Positions 28,276 through 42,137 of a DNA stretch of 64,000 nucleotides are shown here, in pieces. The stretch is from assembly GCA_000320545.1 (NCBI GenBank), contig ADNK01000014.1, positions 11,914-75,913 on the forward strand, in the 5' to 3' direction. The first letter of the stretch is position 1. Every line of letters starts with the position of its first letter. Under the pieces are notes generated by a model, which had not been told where the DNA came from, did no database searches, and saw nothing but the letters and a program-made list of their open reading frames with translations. Origin of the DNA: Bigelowiella natans CCMP2755 (lineage: Eukaryota > Protista > Cercozoa). Both the position numbers and the translations under genes were made by a program.

Positions 28276-29997
28276 GTGATGTGTGCATCATTTTAATGCA
28301 TAATTATTTCTAGATGTACACATCTAGACATAGCTAGATAGTGCGTCCATTTCTTTGTTCTTGTAGCACAGTATTCGTATCAAAATTGCGAGGAAGAGTC
28401 GGCATTACGGCATGCAAGATAGGATATAGGAATTTAAATTTTTTTTTTGATTTCCTGATAAGTGTATTACACTATAATGCTATTTTTATTTACAACGTAT
28501 GCTGTGCGCTATCGCGCGCGCGCAATGTGAAGCTACACATGCTGCCGTAGTCCATGGGCATTCTCATGCAAATTGTGAAGATATTAAATGCAATGCTTTT
28601 GTTTTCATGCTTGTAGTGTGTAGATGTTCATATTATTTCTACTCTAGATTTTTTTCAAGCAACTGTTAGCGTCATGCTTCAGCTAGGGCCAATGGTTATC
28701 TTAGTTATATCAACCATTTAATATTAGCTTGTGTATGTCTAATCAAAATCGAAAATGTGAATGACAACCCTGACTGAATATACCAGGGTGCTGAAGATGA
28801 AGAATACTCTTAGGCTACAAAATATGACTAAAAAGCTGCACAGAAGGATTCTTGCGATGGAATCGAATATCATATTATGAAATCTTCGAATTCTTTCATT
28901 GTCGATTGGATTGTATCCCCATTCAAAACGAAGGTAATCAAGTTCACGGAATTTCGCGTCTGAACGTGAAGTGATTCCATTTAATTTGTGGATTTCTAAC
29001 AGCTGCATTAAAACTCTACGAGCTACAGAACACAACACATACCTTCTTCATTTACGGGGATTCGAGAAATCCCGTAGGCAAGAATGACAAACGTGGAGAA
29101 TGCCATTATCCAAACCACTTTTAGCAGCCTTATTAGGACTATCATTTCTAAGGGGTAAAGGCACCTGATTTTAGTAACAAACAATTTTTAGAAGGTTTCG
29201 TCTGTCTGAACATGTTGTCCGGTAGGAAACTCGTCGGGGTATCCACTGTTCCCGCCTAAGACTTGGATTTACCAGTTCGTGAACGCCCCTCCGAAAAGAC
29301 AGAATAATCTGAATCCTAGCAATGATACAATAGCTGTGCAAGTTTGAATGAGCTTTGTGTTTCTTGAGGCACCATGACAGATCAGTAGCCGTATTCGATG
29401 GAATTTCGCAGCGATCCGTTGGCATGGACGAACTTTTCCGCACCTCTGCTCGGGCATTCCAAATCGGCTCACGGGCAACATTGCTCGTGATCGATCGATT
29501 TGGGCATCTCCATGGGCTGTGTTCGTGTCGTTTTCTTTCGGGTGCACCATGCGATTTGTACGATTTCTTCTGTTTCGCTGGGTTGCCGCAAGAGGGCAGC
29601 AGAGAGTGCTCTTGAACAATGATGACATATTTAGCAGGATCAGCAGTCTCTGGAGAGTCTCTCCAGCAAAGCGACGATGACGTAAGAACATAAACAGCCT
29701 GAAATTTATCTTTACGACAATGCAGAAAAGGCAAATGCATGTTATTTAACGTGGTCTCCAGTAAAAAATCAAGAGCGACATCTCCAACTGGTTGTCGCCG
29801 GTAACAGAGGTATCCAAATTACTGCCACGTGGTTGCCAGCTTGGGGTGCGAGACAATGATTTACACAATCGAGGAGGCGTAAACAATTGTGCTTTTCAAC
29901 CAAGTCAGAATCCACGTAAATATAAGATGTTTTCGGGGTAAAAAAAGGACACTTTGAAGAACAAGAGAACAGACCGAGCGAAGAGAACGACGAGACG

Positions 29998-30565
29998 ATG
30001 CTCGGTGATGCCCCCCTCCTCCGAACTTCTTTCCCGGGCAGCGAACACTGCTTCGATCAGCCCATGATTCACTTCTTGTTGGCCCCCTTCCTACATTTCT
30101 GTTTATCCTCTCCTCTCCCACCACTTTACTTTCGATATTACACGGCTAGACTATGTATGTTGGGGGGAAGGGTTCGTGTTGCAATGATCAGTGGTAACAT
30201 CACTGCGAGCGCACATGCATTTTTGTTCTGGACTCTTGCGAAGCCTAGAACACAAGTTTATTCAATTGCAAGAAAGTTGGTCTAAATCTTGTGACATGTT
30301 GCCAAGATGTGCATCGTCCATGTCGTGTAATGCTCCGTCGTCATCGTCATCGTCATCGTCGTAGTTTGCGTTGCCTAAACTGCCTTCTCTTGTTCATCCC
30401 CACCCCTGTGTTAGGAGCCTATGACTTCTACTACATCCTATGGTTTGGAGTGGTGGCAGGAGTGGTGTACTATGTGCGAAAGCAAGCTAAAGCCACTCAG
30501 GACCAGACGCTCGTTACCGAGGACTTCAAACGATTCCAACGGTAATGATGATTGTCCTTCTGCTT

Positions 30566-30606
<41 letters not shown>

Positions 30607-31220
30607 AGTCACTTCATAGGAAGCTAGTAATATGGAATACTTATGCGCTCTACTGTTATGCTATGAGTGAAAGAAAAGAGAATCCACGTTTGTGCGCATG
30701 GTGAGCTCATTTGCTGTGGAGCGCGACAGCATTCCTTTCGAATGGCGTCCTCAAATCGTCATCTTTCATGGCCAAGTTGAAGATTATGAAATCAACAACG
30801 AATTCTTTTCCTCAACGCGACAAAATTCACTCATGTATTGGTTTCTACCCCGAATCTCATTGGATACGGTTTCGTCCTCGTGATATGTTGCATTAATCAA
30901 TGCTTGCACCAAATGACTGTCATTTCTATTTGTCAATATCTCGCAGGTCTTATGTAGTTATATTCCTACTTCTAACCGCCGCGGATTGGATGCAAGGGCC
31001 ATACCTGTATGCGCTCTATGACTCATACGGGCACAGTAAACACATCATCGGGTAGGTGGATGATGATTATCTATGATGATGAATACGATGGTGATGATTA
31101 CATACCTTACCATGTTGTCTTCACTATTACGCTTCTTTAATTAGGCGCCTGTTCATCCTTGGCTTTGGAAGCGCTGCTGTTTGCTGTGATACAAAAATAT
31201 ATACCAACAAAGAATACAGT

Positions 31221-31251
<31 letters not shown>

Positions 31252-32110
31252 CATACACACACTCACACACATACACACACTCGCACACATCTATGTACTT
31301 GCCAAGCTGTGGGTGTAAAAACGTTCATTGTTGGTATTTGGATGTGCCACTACGTGCAGCTACGTTTGTGGGTTCGCTTGCCGATAAGTATGGGCGTAAG
31401 AAGCTTTGTCAGGTCTTAATTGTCATACCCCCCCCCCCCCCCTCTCCCGGGGAAATATTGTCATTCCTCTGTTTTCTCTTTTGGCGTACATATCTCATAC
31501 ATGTTGAAAGGTGCATTGTGCGCTGCTGATCATGTCGCTCCTGACGAAGCACTCGTCTAGCTTCTTCATCCTCGGTCTGGGGCGCGTCCTTGGCGGTATG
31601 TGCTAGACAGCGACGAATGATGATCAGCATACCATCATACGGTTGTCTTCTTAAACAGGGGCATCGGCGTCGATCTTGGTTTCATCGTTTGAGTCGTGGA
31701 TGGTTCACCAGCACCTGTTTCTCAGGTTCTCGGATCATGATTGATTGCTAGCTAGTTCTTGCTGCTGCTGCTGCTGCTGCTTTACTCGTGCTACTCCTGC
31801 TAGTGATTGATGATGATGACGATGACGATGACGATGACGATGATGATGATGATGATGATGATGACGACGACGATGATGCCTCTGAATTTTACTGCTCTTT
31901 TGCATCGGCGTCTACATGGAAAAACAGCTATCCAGATCACTGGATGAGAGGAACCTTTGAAGTTGTGGCTTCAGGCAAGAACAGAGAAGAAAAAACGGCG
32001 AGAGAAAAAAAAGACCATGCAAGAACTCTACCGATGACATATTTCATTACATGCATACGTACATACATACACAGTGAGGGGGGGGAGGGGAGAAGGAAGA
32101 GAGGGAGAGG

Positions 32111-32163
<53 letters not shown>

Positions 32164-32292
32164 ACGGGGTTTGCTTGTGTCTACTTCTCAGTATATTCGC
32201 GCGCGCGTGCGTGTGTGTGTATGAGAGAGAGGGAGAGGGAGAGAGAAAGCATAATATGAAAAGTTGAAAGGCAACCCCATCGTCGTTATCAT

Positions 32293-32334
<42 letters not shown>

Positions 32335-32538
32335 ATATATATAAAAGGCACGGGCGTGGTAGCAATGGTCAGCGGTCTTGTCGCAACGTACGTGTGTAAC
32401 ATTATTTGCAATATAATATCCTTGTGTGGGGGGGGGGGTTGAGAGCCCACGCGTTTTAAGTTATCGCCCCTTTTCTTCACCATCTCCTCCTCTCCTCCTT
32501 TACTTCTCTACTACAACAATCGTGTTGGTTGGTTGGTT

Positions 32539-32576
<38 letters not shown>

Positions 32577-34771
32577 GTTTATCTTCTCCCATTTTGGGCA
32601 CGTGGCACCTTTCGACCTGGCAATAGTAATGATGAGACAGTCGTCTTTTTACCTACTTCCCATCGAAGACAACTCGAATTCGCATACGATTTCCTCCTCC
32701 CTCCTCCCCCTCCCCCTCCCCTCCTCTTTCTCTCCCTTTTCCTTGCCGTCTCCTCTTAAAAACTTCTCGTACTAATACTCAACGCATTTCCTTGTCTACG
32801 GCTACTATTACCATTCTTGTTCTACCCGCTTCTTCGTAGGTGTTGGCGGCATTGGGCCTGATGCTTCTCACACGCGCGTGGCCCGAAAACTACGGAGATA
32901 GCGATATTTCCGTGCTGCAGACTCTCGAAAATTCATATGAGTCGATAAAAGGAGGTTGGTACCTACATAGGCTGACCGCTTAGTTGTAGTTGTCGTTAAT
33001 CATTGATTGATTGCCTCCATTTCATGGCCGCATCGGAGATCAAACCGAATTCCTCCTCTTCCTCCTCGTCCTCCTCTTCCTTCTCCTCCCCCTTCTTCTT
33101 CTTCTTCTTCTTCTTCTTCTTCTTCTTTCTTCCTCTTTAGATCCCGTGATCATGCTGCTGGGCTTGTCGCAGGCGCTGTTTGAAGGTGCTGCTCGATGCT
33201 TTCTTTCATAATTCCAGAAAATCCGCTTTGATTGCATTGTGGATTTTAGTTATTCGATTCTCCGTCGCTGAACATCGTGTCTCGTGTTGCTATCATCTTT
33301 TATTTGTCCTGCTATTTGTTACTGCTCGTTGTTCATTCATTCATGCATAATCTGTGCACACCATCAGCTGGGATGTACATATTCGTGGTTATGTGGACTC
33401 CTACCCTAGATGAGACATCGACAACCCCGGTAATGACGACCAAAGCATCATGATCATCATGATCATCATCGATTTGTTTGGTTGGCATGATCTCCACTAT
33501 TCCTCTCATCATTCATTGTCCTCCTCCTCCTCCTCCTCCTCCTCCTCCTCCTCCTCCTCCTAAGGTATCCCACGGATGGGTCTTCTCCTCGTTCATGGTC
33601 AGTATGTGTATTTAATATTGGCGGGTAGTACGACGATTGTGTGTGTGTGTGTGTGTGTGTATTATGTCGTCTCGTTCACCATTTGGATTTCTTCCTCTGC
33701 AGCTTTGTATCATTCTCGGCGGGACGCTGTACAAGCAATACCTAGCATTTGGAGGTAAAAATAAACTAATAACTTCGATACTCATCACCATCACCATCAT
33801 CATCATCAATATATACCGAAATCATCCTTAACAATATCTTGTCATCGTCAACCGGGCCGTCATTTGTGCTGTGTGGGCTGCTGCTGCAGGAACTGTGGAG
33901 AAGCTGATGCTGTTTGCTTGCGCCGTCGGTTCCATAGCACTCGCTATCCCGTGCGTGGTTGGTCTTTTCTTTTTTTTGTTCCGCTGAACAACACTGCACT
34001 ACTTTACTGCCCCCCCCCCCCCCCCTCAAACTACCCAATAATACCTCTTTCTTTCCCTCCATGACGACAACGAAGAACGCAGTATATGAATAGAATCTTT
34101 GGTCTCTTCCCCCCCTCCTCCTCTTGTCTTTCTTCTGCTTGCAGGTCCAGGAGCATACCTTACAGCTAGTAAGCTTCCTCGTGTTTGAGACGTGTGTGGG
34201 CGTGTTCTGGCCGTCGGCGTCCTCCCTAAGAAGCATGTACTTTCCGGAGGAAACACGTGCATCAGTCATGGTAGTAGAGTCGTTGGCGTCCACACCTCTA
34301 TTAATGTAACATATATCATGATGGCGACGAAGATACGGCAGCTGGCGATTAGCAGTGTCTTTGTTGCTACCGGTGTTATCATCACGACCGTCGTTTTTCT
34401 TATCGTTGATCGTTGTCGGCATGGTCCATCAGGCAACCCTCCGTGTACCACAGAATGTGCTGATAATACTCGTCCTCGCAGTGGTACGTGCGAACGTGCT
34501 ACCTTTTGCTGTTACGACGCGTGAAATTGTCGGTCGAGAGTATGAGTCAAAGTAGCAGCAGTAGTAGTGATAGGAGGAGGGGGAGGCAGAGGAGATATAA
34601 TCATATCTATATGTTATGTGAAATATGCCAGCACACGATTGTATTTTTTTGTAATAATTTGTGTTTGTTGCGGTGTCTAGATGGGGCAGGTCTCGCACAG
34701 TTTCATATTCGGTAAGGGATCCATCATGGACGATAACACAACAACCCATCCACATATCCGCCGTCATCATT

Positions 34772-34808
<37 letters not shown>

Positions 34809-35277
34809 CCTTGCTCGAATGGACATTGCAGGAGTGAGCTTCTTATTCCTAGCATCGGCGACAGCTGCCCAATGGTAGCAACAGTAGCGTACATATAATA
34901 CTGACTACGACGAAACCGCGACGTCAATTCTTTTGTTACTTTGCAATGGAAGAAACACCGAAGAAGAAGAAGAAAAAGAAGAAGAAGAAGAAGAAGGAGA
35001 AGGAGTAGGCACTGCTGCTGCAAAGAGAAAAATGATACAACCCCTGCAATTATGAGGCCGCTCGATGATGTAGCGAATATGAGAAGACAACAACCATTTA
35101 ACTACGTGTATAGGTACTTCATAAAGATCACTTCGGGCGAAACCGACGTCATCGGTGAGCCAATTGTACTTCTTGCTACTGCCCCTTCTCCTTCTCCTTC
35201 TTCTTCTTCTTCTTCTTCTTCTTCTTTTTCTTGTTGCTGGAATCTCTTACTTCCCCTTCCCTCCCTCCCCGCCGTTT

Positions 35278-35356
<79 letters not shown>

Positions 35357-35706
35357 TGATTATCATCACCTGCGTCTATATATCATCATCCTTCACAGAG
35401 GAGCTAGGCATGGTGGACGAGAATCTTTCAAACGTGGGTCTCCCGATCCCGCTCTCCAACGAAGAAGCCGCCGCTGCCGCCGCATCACCACAAACGTCCG
35501 GAGTCAATTCTCACGAAGTTGAAATGATCAGCGCTGATAGCGCTGATGCTCCTAGTTCTAATAGCAGCAGCAGCAAGAAGTATAGGAGAAATATAGGCGG
35601 TGGCAATAGCAATAGCCTCAAACTCACTGAGATAGTGACTGAGAAGGAGGAGGCAGAGGAGGGCAAAACGGCTGATGCCAAACGAGGGACAAGCGGGTAT
35701 TCGTAG
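29998..35706 (+). CDS. MFSD5: MFS molybdate-anion transporter family (MFSD5/MOT2-like), multi-exon
   Basis: Spliced FKRFQR|SYVVIFLLLTAADWMQGPYLYALYDSYG, FVGSLADKYGRKK, SSFESWMVHQH, APFDLAI, WPENYGD, QALFE.GMYIFVVMWTP and FETCVGVFWPSASSLRSMYFPEETRASVM are characteristic of the family. Confidence 0.9.
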
Positions 35707-36521
35707 TAGCTAGGAGGAGGAGACGTATGCACGGGGAGACAGAGGGGGGGGGGGGGGGCATGGTATAGCAATACAGATCATGATCATGATCGTCATATGG
35801 GTTTTTAACTTTAAGTGGTGTATCGTATATTGCGAGTGTAGGCTATAAAAGAAGATGCTGGTTTTGGGGGGGGGGTTGAGTGAGTTATGTAGCGTTTGAT
35901 CTATGACATTAGATGCTGAACTGTATTTTTCGTTCTCTTTATCTCCGCTCTCCCTCCTCCCCCCCCGCCCCCCCTCACGTGGTATGTCTTGTTCCAACAA
36001 CGTATCATTGCTGCTGCCGGTCTCCTCCGTAGGAACTATGCTATGATGTAGGCTGAGCGCTTTCGATAACAGCAGTTCAGCAGTTGTAGATGCTTGCTTG
36101 CTCTCTAGTGGCCAAAGCCTTGACACATGAGGATATGTAGTCAGAATATGCAAAGCAAAGAGACGTTAATCGCCTGATTGTTCGTCTTAGGGGCGCAGTT
36201 AGACGATTTCGTGCTGACGTTTCCTTTATAGCGTGGATCCTTCCTGTAGTTGTCCAGATTATTTGATAGCCAACAAAATACGGATTCTTTGCTGAGTTTA
36301 TCCGGTTCCAACCATTATACATTATTATTATGATTGTTATTATTGTTATTATTCATTGTTACGAGTTGTATCGCGTACAGTGGCGACGCATGTATTTATG
36401 GTCGCGACGTTGTGAGGCGGCACGATGTGGTGCAGCTGTCGTCGTCGATCAGGTGCGTGTGCGCTAATAATGCAGGAACGCATGTAGAAAATATAGCACT
36501 TGGCTGCAAGGATCGCTGTTT

Positions 36522-36576
<55 letters not shown>

Positions 36577-36863
36577 TGCGTAACTTTAGTCAGCTGCATG
36601 TGCGCGCAGTTTCAAAGGGCATATATACTGACAATTAGCTTGCGGCGCCAAAACACGTCATGTGGCGATGGCTATGCGCAAACATTGGCATTCATGACTT
36701 GCCGCAACGCCAACTTATAGGCAAATTGACGACAAATTTGCGATCGATACATTTATGCATACGTGATGCAAATGAATATGGCATATCAAATGTACACGTC
36801 GTGGCTCCCGGAGCAGTCAAAGTCCGGACGCTGTCATGTGCCACAGCGACTGCAGCTCTTTCG

Positions 36864-37474
36864 TCATGCTGCCGGAGGGCGGATATGATCGACTGTTTGC
36901 CGACGCAATAGCTTGATGATGCCAGAAGCGGTGTTGTTGCCCTTACCACGACCACATATCCGTGCCCATTGGATAGGTGTATGGCTACGCCAACCGAAGC
37001 TTCCTTCAATATTGACGTCGGCCTTCGACTCCAGCAGTATCTTAACCAGTGATTCGTGATTCCAATACACAGCATGGACTAGGGGGGGAGATTGTAAGCC
37101 CCGAGATATATTCACATTTGCGCGCCCCGTCTTGATGAGTGCCTGGGCCACAGCCGCATGGCCTCTCTGCACTGCATGTGTCAAGGGTGTCGCCTCCTCA
37201 AGATCCGCCACATCCACATATGCCTTTTCTCGGAGGAGAAGGCTCACAATGCCCACGTGGCCGGCCATCGACGCCAGGGTGAGCGCAGTCTGCCCGTAGC
37301 TGTTGAAGAGATGCACGTCCGCCTTTCGTGATATCAAGAAGGCTGCCGTCTGGCTGTGACCGTACATCGCTGCTAGCATCAAAACTGAGGTAGAGGGTGG
37401 ACAATAGGTAGAACACGATGAATAAGCAATAACGAGGATTGAACGTGATATCCGCTCACGCCGCCCGCGCGCAT

Positions 37475-37510
<36 letters not shown>

Positions 37511-39373
37511 TAAGATGAAATAGAATTTGAACACCGAACCCCCCTACACTCTTCTCCTCGCCGCCAAACGCACTCTACAGATACAAATCATTTCTTCCTC
37601 GTCGCTCCACCCGTCGTTCGAAGCGGTACTACTGCGAATGGCTGCTACGGCAAGGGAGGGCAACCTACTACCTGTGTTGCCACGCCTGGCGCTAGTAGTC
37701 CCTCTTATATCACTTCTGCTCTTATCATCGAATGGTTGATAATTTATCACGCAACACTGCTCTGGTTTCCCTTTAATACCATCAAGAGCTGTCTTCAATT
37801 CCTGTAGTCTCGCCGTCCTAGCAGCGTCACGAAACGCTTTTAGCACCCGCCCCTTCCCCCCCTCCTCCAGCATTCGCATTATCGAAGCAGAAGCGGGAAG
37901 ATTGTGGTGTTGGCCGAGTTGATCGTGGCGGGTGCGGAGAGCCATGACGACGTCCTTTAGTTCTGCTGACGCCGTCGAGTCACGATTCGAAGCTATATCC
38001 TGTGCACAACTATGGTCGCGACCACGATATGCCACCTTCGCTTTGGCCGACCGTATCAAGTAGAGGCTTGACTCATAAGACATCATAGCAATAGAGATGA
38101 TCAACGCGGTGTCACCGATGCAGTTGCGGGCATTGACATCTGCTCCTCCATTTTCAACGAGGAGCCTTGCTATCTCCGAGGAAGCTCGAGGCCTCTCTAC
38201 GGCCAGCATGAGAGCCGTCATCTTGTGTCCAGAGGTCCTCAAGTTCGCATTCGCCTTTCTCTCGATCAAAACACCTACGATCTCCGCATTACCATTGGCA
38301 GCTGCAACCATCAATGCTGATCTCGACGCTTTGCCGGTTTGGTTCACGTCGACCTTGTAGTCATCGAGAAGCGCTACGACAACGTCTTTGTGACCGTTGA
38401 TGATGGCATGATGGAGAGGGGGTACCCCATGTTTATCGGGCGTTCTAAGCATAATTAGCGATGCTGACGATGTTGATGCTGGTGAGTGACTAGCGCTTGT
38501 ACTACTACTTTTGTAGTGCGTGGCTACAAAACTTCGGAGTTCACTGAGTTGCCCTTTTTTGCAAAATTGATAGACATTTTGGACATGGCTGCCTATCTCT
38601 TTTCCCTTCTCCGATTTACCCTTCTTCTCCCCATCATTACCATCCTTAATCTTCTTCTTCAGCATCTCTATAATATCCTGAGGATGGTCCCGCCGTACAT
38701 ATCTGAATGCTGTGAAATTGTACTCTTTCGACTTGTAGAAAGCATCAGCTTTTGCTTCTTGCACAAGATGCCTCACTATGCTGAAGTGACCAAAACATGT
38801 GGCGAGGATAAGGGCCGTATCGCCCGAGCAGCCCTCCCTATTAAGGTATGATTGAAGCTTTTCAGCGTCCATACGCGCAACACCTGCGGCAGTTAGGGTC
38901 TTCACAACATGTAAGTGCCCAGCTCCACAAGCAAACATGAGCGCTGACCAGCCCTCCGTGCTTGTTGCATCCAGGCTGGCCTTTGATTCAATGAGGAAGT
39001 TCACAGTCTCTTGTTGTCCTTCACTTGCAGCTACCATGAGAGATGTGAGACCTAGGCCTTCATTCCTGGAATCAATGTCGACACGAGATGATATTAGAGT
39101 TCGTAGAAGTTGGACATTCCCAACCGCCGCTCCCTCCATCCATTGAGTGGGGGCTGCGTATGGAAGCTTATTTTGACACTGATGCACCCCCTCCTGAGAA
39201 ATATCTATGGTTGTGCTGTAGACATCGTCCAAGTATGCGTACATATCAAGCTTTTCAATTGGGGCGAGGCCCGTGGCAATGGCCAGTTTATAGGGATTGC
39301 TCATCTGCACACCATTCTCCACATCATCGTCATCAAGCTCTTCGTGCTCGCTGTCTTTACTTGTCAGGCTCAT
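36864..39373 (-). CDS. Ankyrin-repeat protein (three ankyrin clusters; probably 2 exons)
   Basis: Repeated G.T.LM.AA..G....V..LI motifs in ORF 37544-39373. Splice ...RRGNT G|gtagta to ag|TTTTGATG gives GNTVLMLAAMYGH and further ankyrin repeats to the stop at 36864. Confidence 0.88.
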
Positions 39374-39622
39374 ACGAGATCTCCCCCCTTCTCCGCTCCG
39401 TTGGACAGTCGGAAGTCGTATGTCACAGGGAAGGGGCTAATCTAAGGAGCACAAAAAGTGTTGTCGTAGCACAAAAATTACCTACGTTCTCCACACTTCT
39501 TTCTTCGACAACTCGACCCGCGCTAAAACAAGAAAATCCCATGGTATTATTTCGTAAAATCCGTAGTTTATCTTGTCGCATTATTCAAAGGCCGAAAAGC
39601 CCGAACGACGATCGCTGCGCTC

Positions 39623-41983
39623 ATGAACTATGGGCGCCCGGAGGGAGAAGCGGCGCGGCAGACAAAGCCCACGCCTGCCGTGAAACATGCCATCAGGGAG
39701 AGGATGGAGCAGTACCTCATCCGAAAAAAGGTTGGTGTCTGTGAGGGTCGTGATCTTATTATTCCCAGGGTGAGCATTGGCTGCTTCGTCAATTCGAAGA
39801 AGCGGGGAATGCATGCATGTGTTCAGCCGCCACGATGTGAAATATCTCTTTTGGTACAAAGGAGACGGAAAATTACATTAAACATGGATACGTTGTAGTT
39901 GTTAAAAAGAGTTCCCTCCTCTTCTTTCTTACCTTTCTTCCACCTCCCCACCCCCCCTCGGCAGATGAGGTCATTCCTCTTCCAAGTCAAGACTCGCTTA
40001 GCTCGCCCCGAAACTACCAAAAGCGACCTTAAAAGGTGGTGGTGGTGGTGATGATGATTATGATTGGGTGAGGGCGTGAAAATGAAAGCATATCTTTATA
40101 AGATAATACATAGACACAATACGTGTATTATTTGTGTGTGTGTGTGTGGAAATGCATGATGTGGATTATATGCCTTCGTATTTACGTGTAAAAGAACTCA
40201 CATTCCCCGATTTTAAAGAATAGAAACTTCTGATGATCCTTCATGGTGTGCTGAGTATGTGTGCATGTGGTACCGCATATATGTGGGGGCCGTGGTGTAG
40301 ATGCCGCCATTTGCTCCGCCCCATTCACTACGATGAGGTTCTCGAGGAGAGGCAAAGTCACCACATTTGCAGCTACCCCGGCTGTCGTAAGACCCTCCCA
40401 GAGACACAAAGCAAGTCAACTGCTAAGAAGAGTGCATTCGTGCTTCTGAAGGTCCTCGTTTCCGAACAGCTAATGGAAGAAGATCAAAGGGGAGAGGGAG
40501 GAGGAAGATGATGGAATAGGGACGAGGGAACAAAAAAATGGAGAGCCATCAATATATTGCTAGAAACTTTTTTTGTTATTTATTTGTTGCTTACACGTGC
40601 TATGGTTTCCTCCCATGACAATTTATATCTGGTTAGCCGCACGTTGTGGAGGATAGGAAGCGTGTGTCCGCAATCATCGAGAAGCTGAGATCGAGCGGTT
40701 TCTCAAGCAAGTATGCTTGATTGGTGTTTGCTACAAAAGAGGAGAATAGAGTGGGGTGGGGGGGAAGTAAGGGGAGTAAGGGGAGTGAGGGATTGAGGGA
40801 GGGTGCAGTTTGTAAGCTAATGTATGACGATACCTTTATTTCCCCTCTCCGTTGGGTTTGCCTTGAACCTTTCATTAGAATTGTGCTTCAGTCCCGCCAG
40901 ATCCTTCCTCGCTCGATAGCGTCTGAATTGTGCCGCAGTAGCAGCAGTAGCAACAGCAATAGCGTGGAGCAGCTTGTGTCAGGAGAGAGCATTGCGATGC
41001 TCGTGACTTGGAAGAAGGTGAAAGCGGAGGAGATGAAGAACAACAACAAGAACAACAAGAAGACGAAGAAGAAAAGAGACGAATATGATACTAGGTCAAA
41101 GATTAGAGATAGTCCTGATGAAAAGGAGGAAAAGAGTATGGATTATAATGACAACGACGACAAGCCTTCTGCTGGTACTACAACTACTACCACTACGGAA
41201 GAGTCTGCCCTCGCTGCCATCAAAGAGCTGCTCCAGCTCGTAGGGCCGGAGGATCCAGAAGTCGCCAGAAATACAGCGCCGCATTCTCTAAGAGCAATCT
41301 ACGGAGAGACTATAGCGAAAAACGCAATCTACTGCAGCAAGGTGTGTGTGTGTGTGTGTGTTGGGGGGAGGGGGGGGGTGGAGGTATACTGACAATGGTG
41401 ACGACATTCACTGTTCATAATAATATTTATAATAAATGCTGATGTGTGTCGTCAGGATGTAGCACAGCGGGATCGAGATGGGAGGCTGTTTTTTGGGCAA
41501 TACTTCCGTGCTGATGGCCGTGTTCTTCCAATTGGCGGGTATGATATCTAGTAACACTCTCTACCTTTATGTGCTTTCTATTGGGGGGTATAATCCATCA
41601 CTACTCTCTGCTTTTACTGCGGAACATTTCCTTGTGATGATGGGATTTGGGCGTCACAGGCAGCAGCACCTCGACTCATCTAAACTTCTGAGGAGGCCTG
41701 ACACCGTATATAAGGTAGTAGTAGTAGTAGCAGTAGCAGTAGTAATAGTAGAAAGAGGGAGGAGGGGGGGAGGATTAGAAGCTGCTAAGAACCAAAGAAA
41801 ATGCCCTTGAAAAGCCCAAACAAACTACTGCTGTTCATGAGATGATAACAACCCCCTTTTGTCTACTAACACCAAACAGGTCGATCCTGCGAAAAACCTT
41901 TGGTTTGATGTGACGGAGGGAGAGCGCTTCTGCTGCGCCGACTGTGCCACTGACTCTGAAATCTTTAAGGTAAGAGTTTATAT

Positions 41984-42024
<41 letters not shown>

Positions 42025-42102
42025 CAACCGCTAGTTTCTCTTCGTTGATAGCAACTTAAATACAATAATGATCACAATAAGCATTTCCTGTGTATATGCA
42101 TG

Positions 42103-42137
<35 letters not shown>

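Noticed and set aside
28739-29740. Overlapping 86-189 aa ORFs between the membrane protein and MFSD5
   Set aside because: No recognisable motifs or convincing splice structure; left unannotated.
40721-41392. Stand-alone nucleoside diphosphate kinase gene
   Set aside because: No independent start or stop; its exons splice in phase with RPAP2 exons on both sides.
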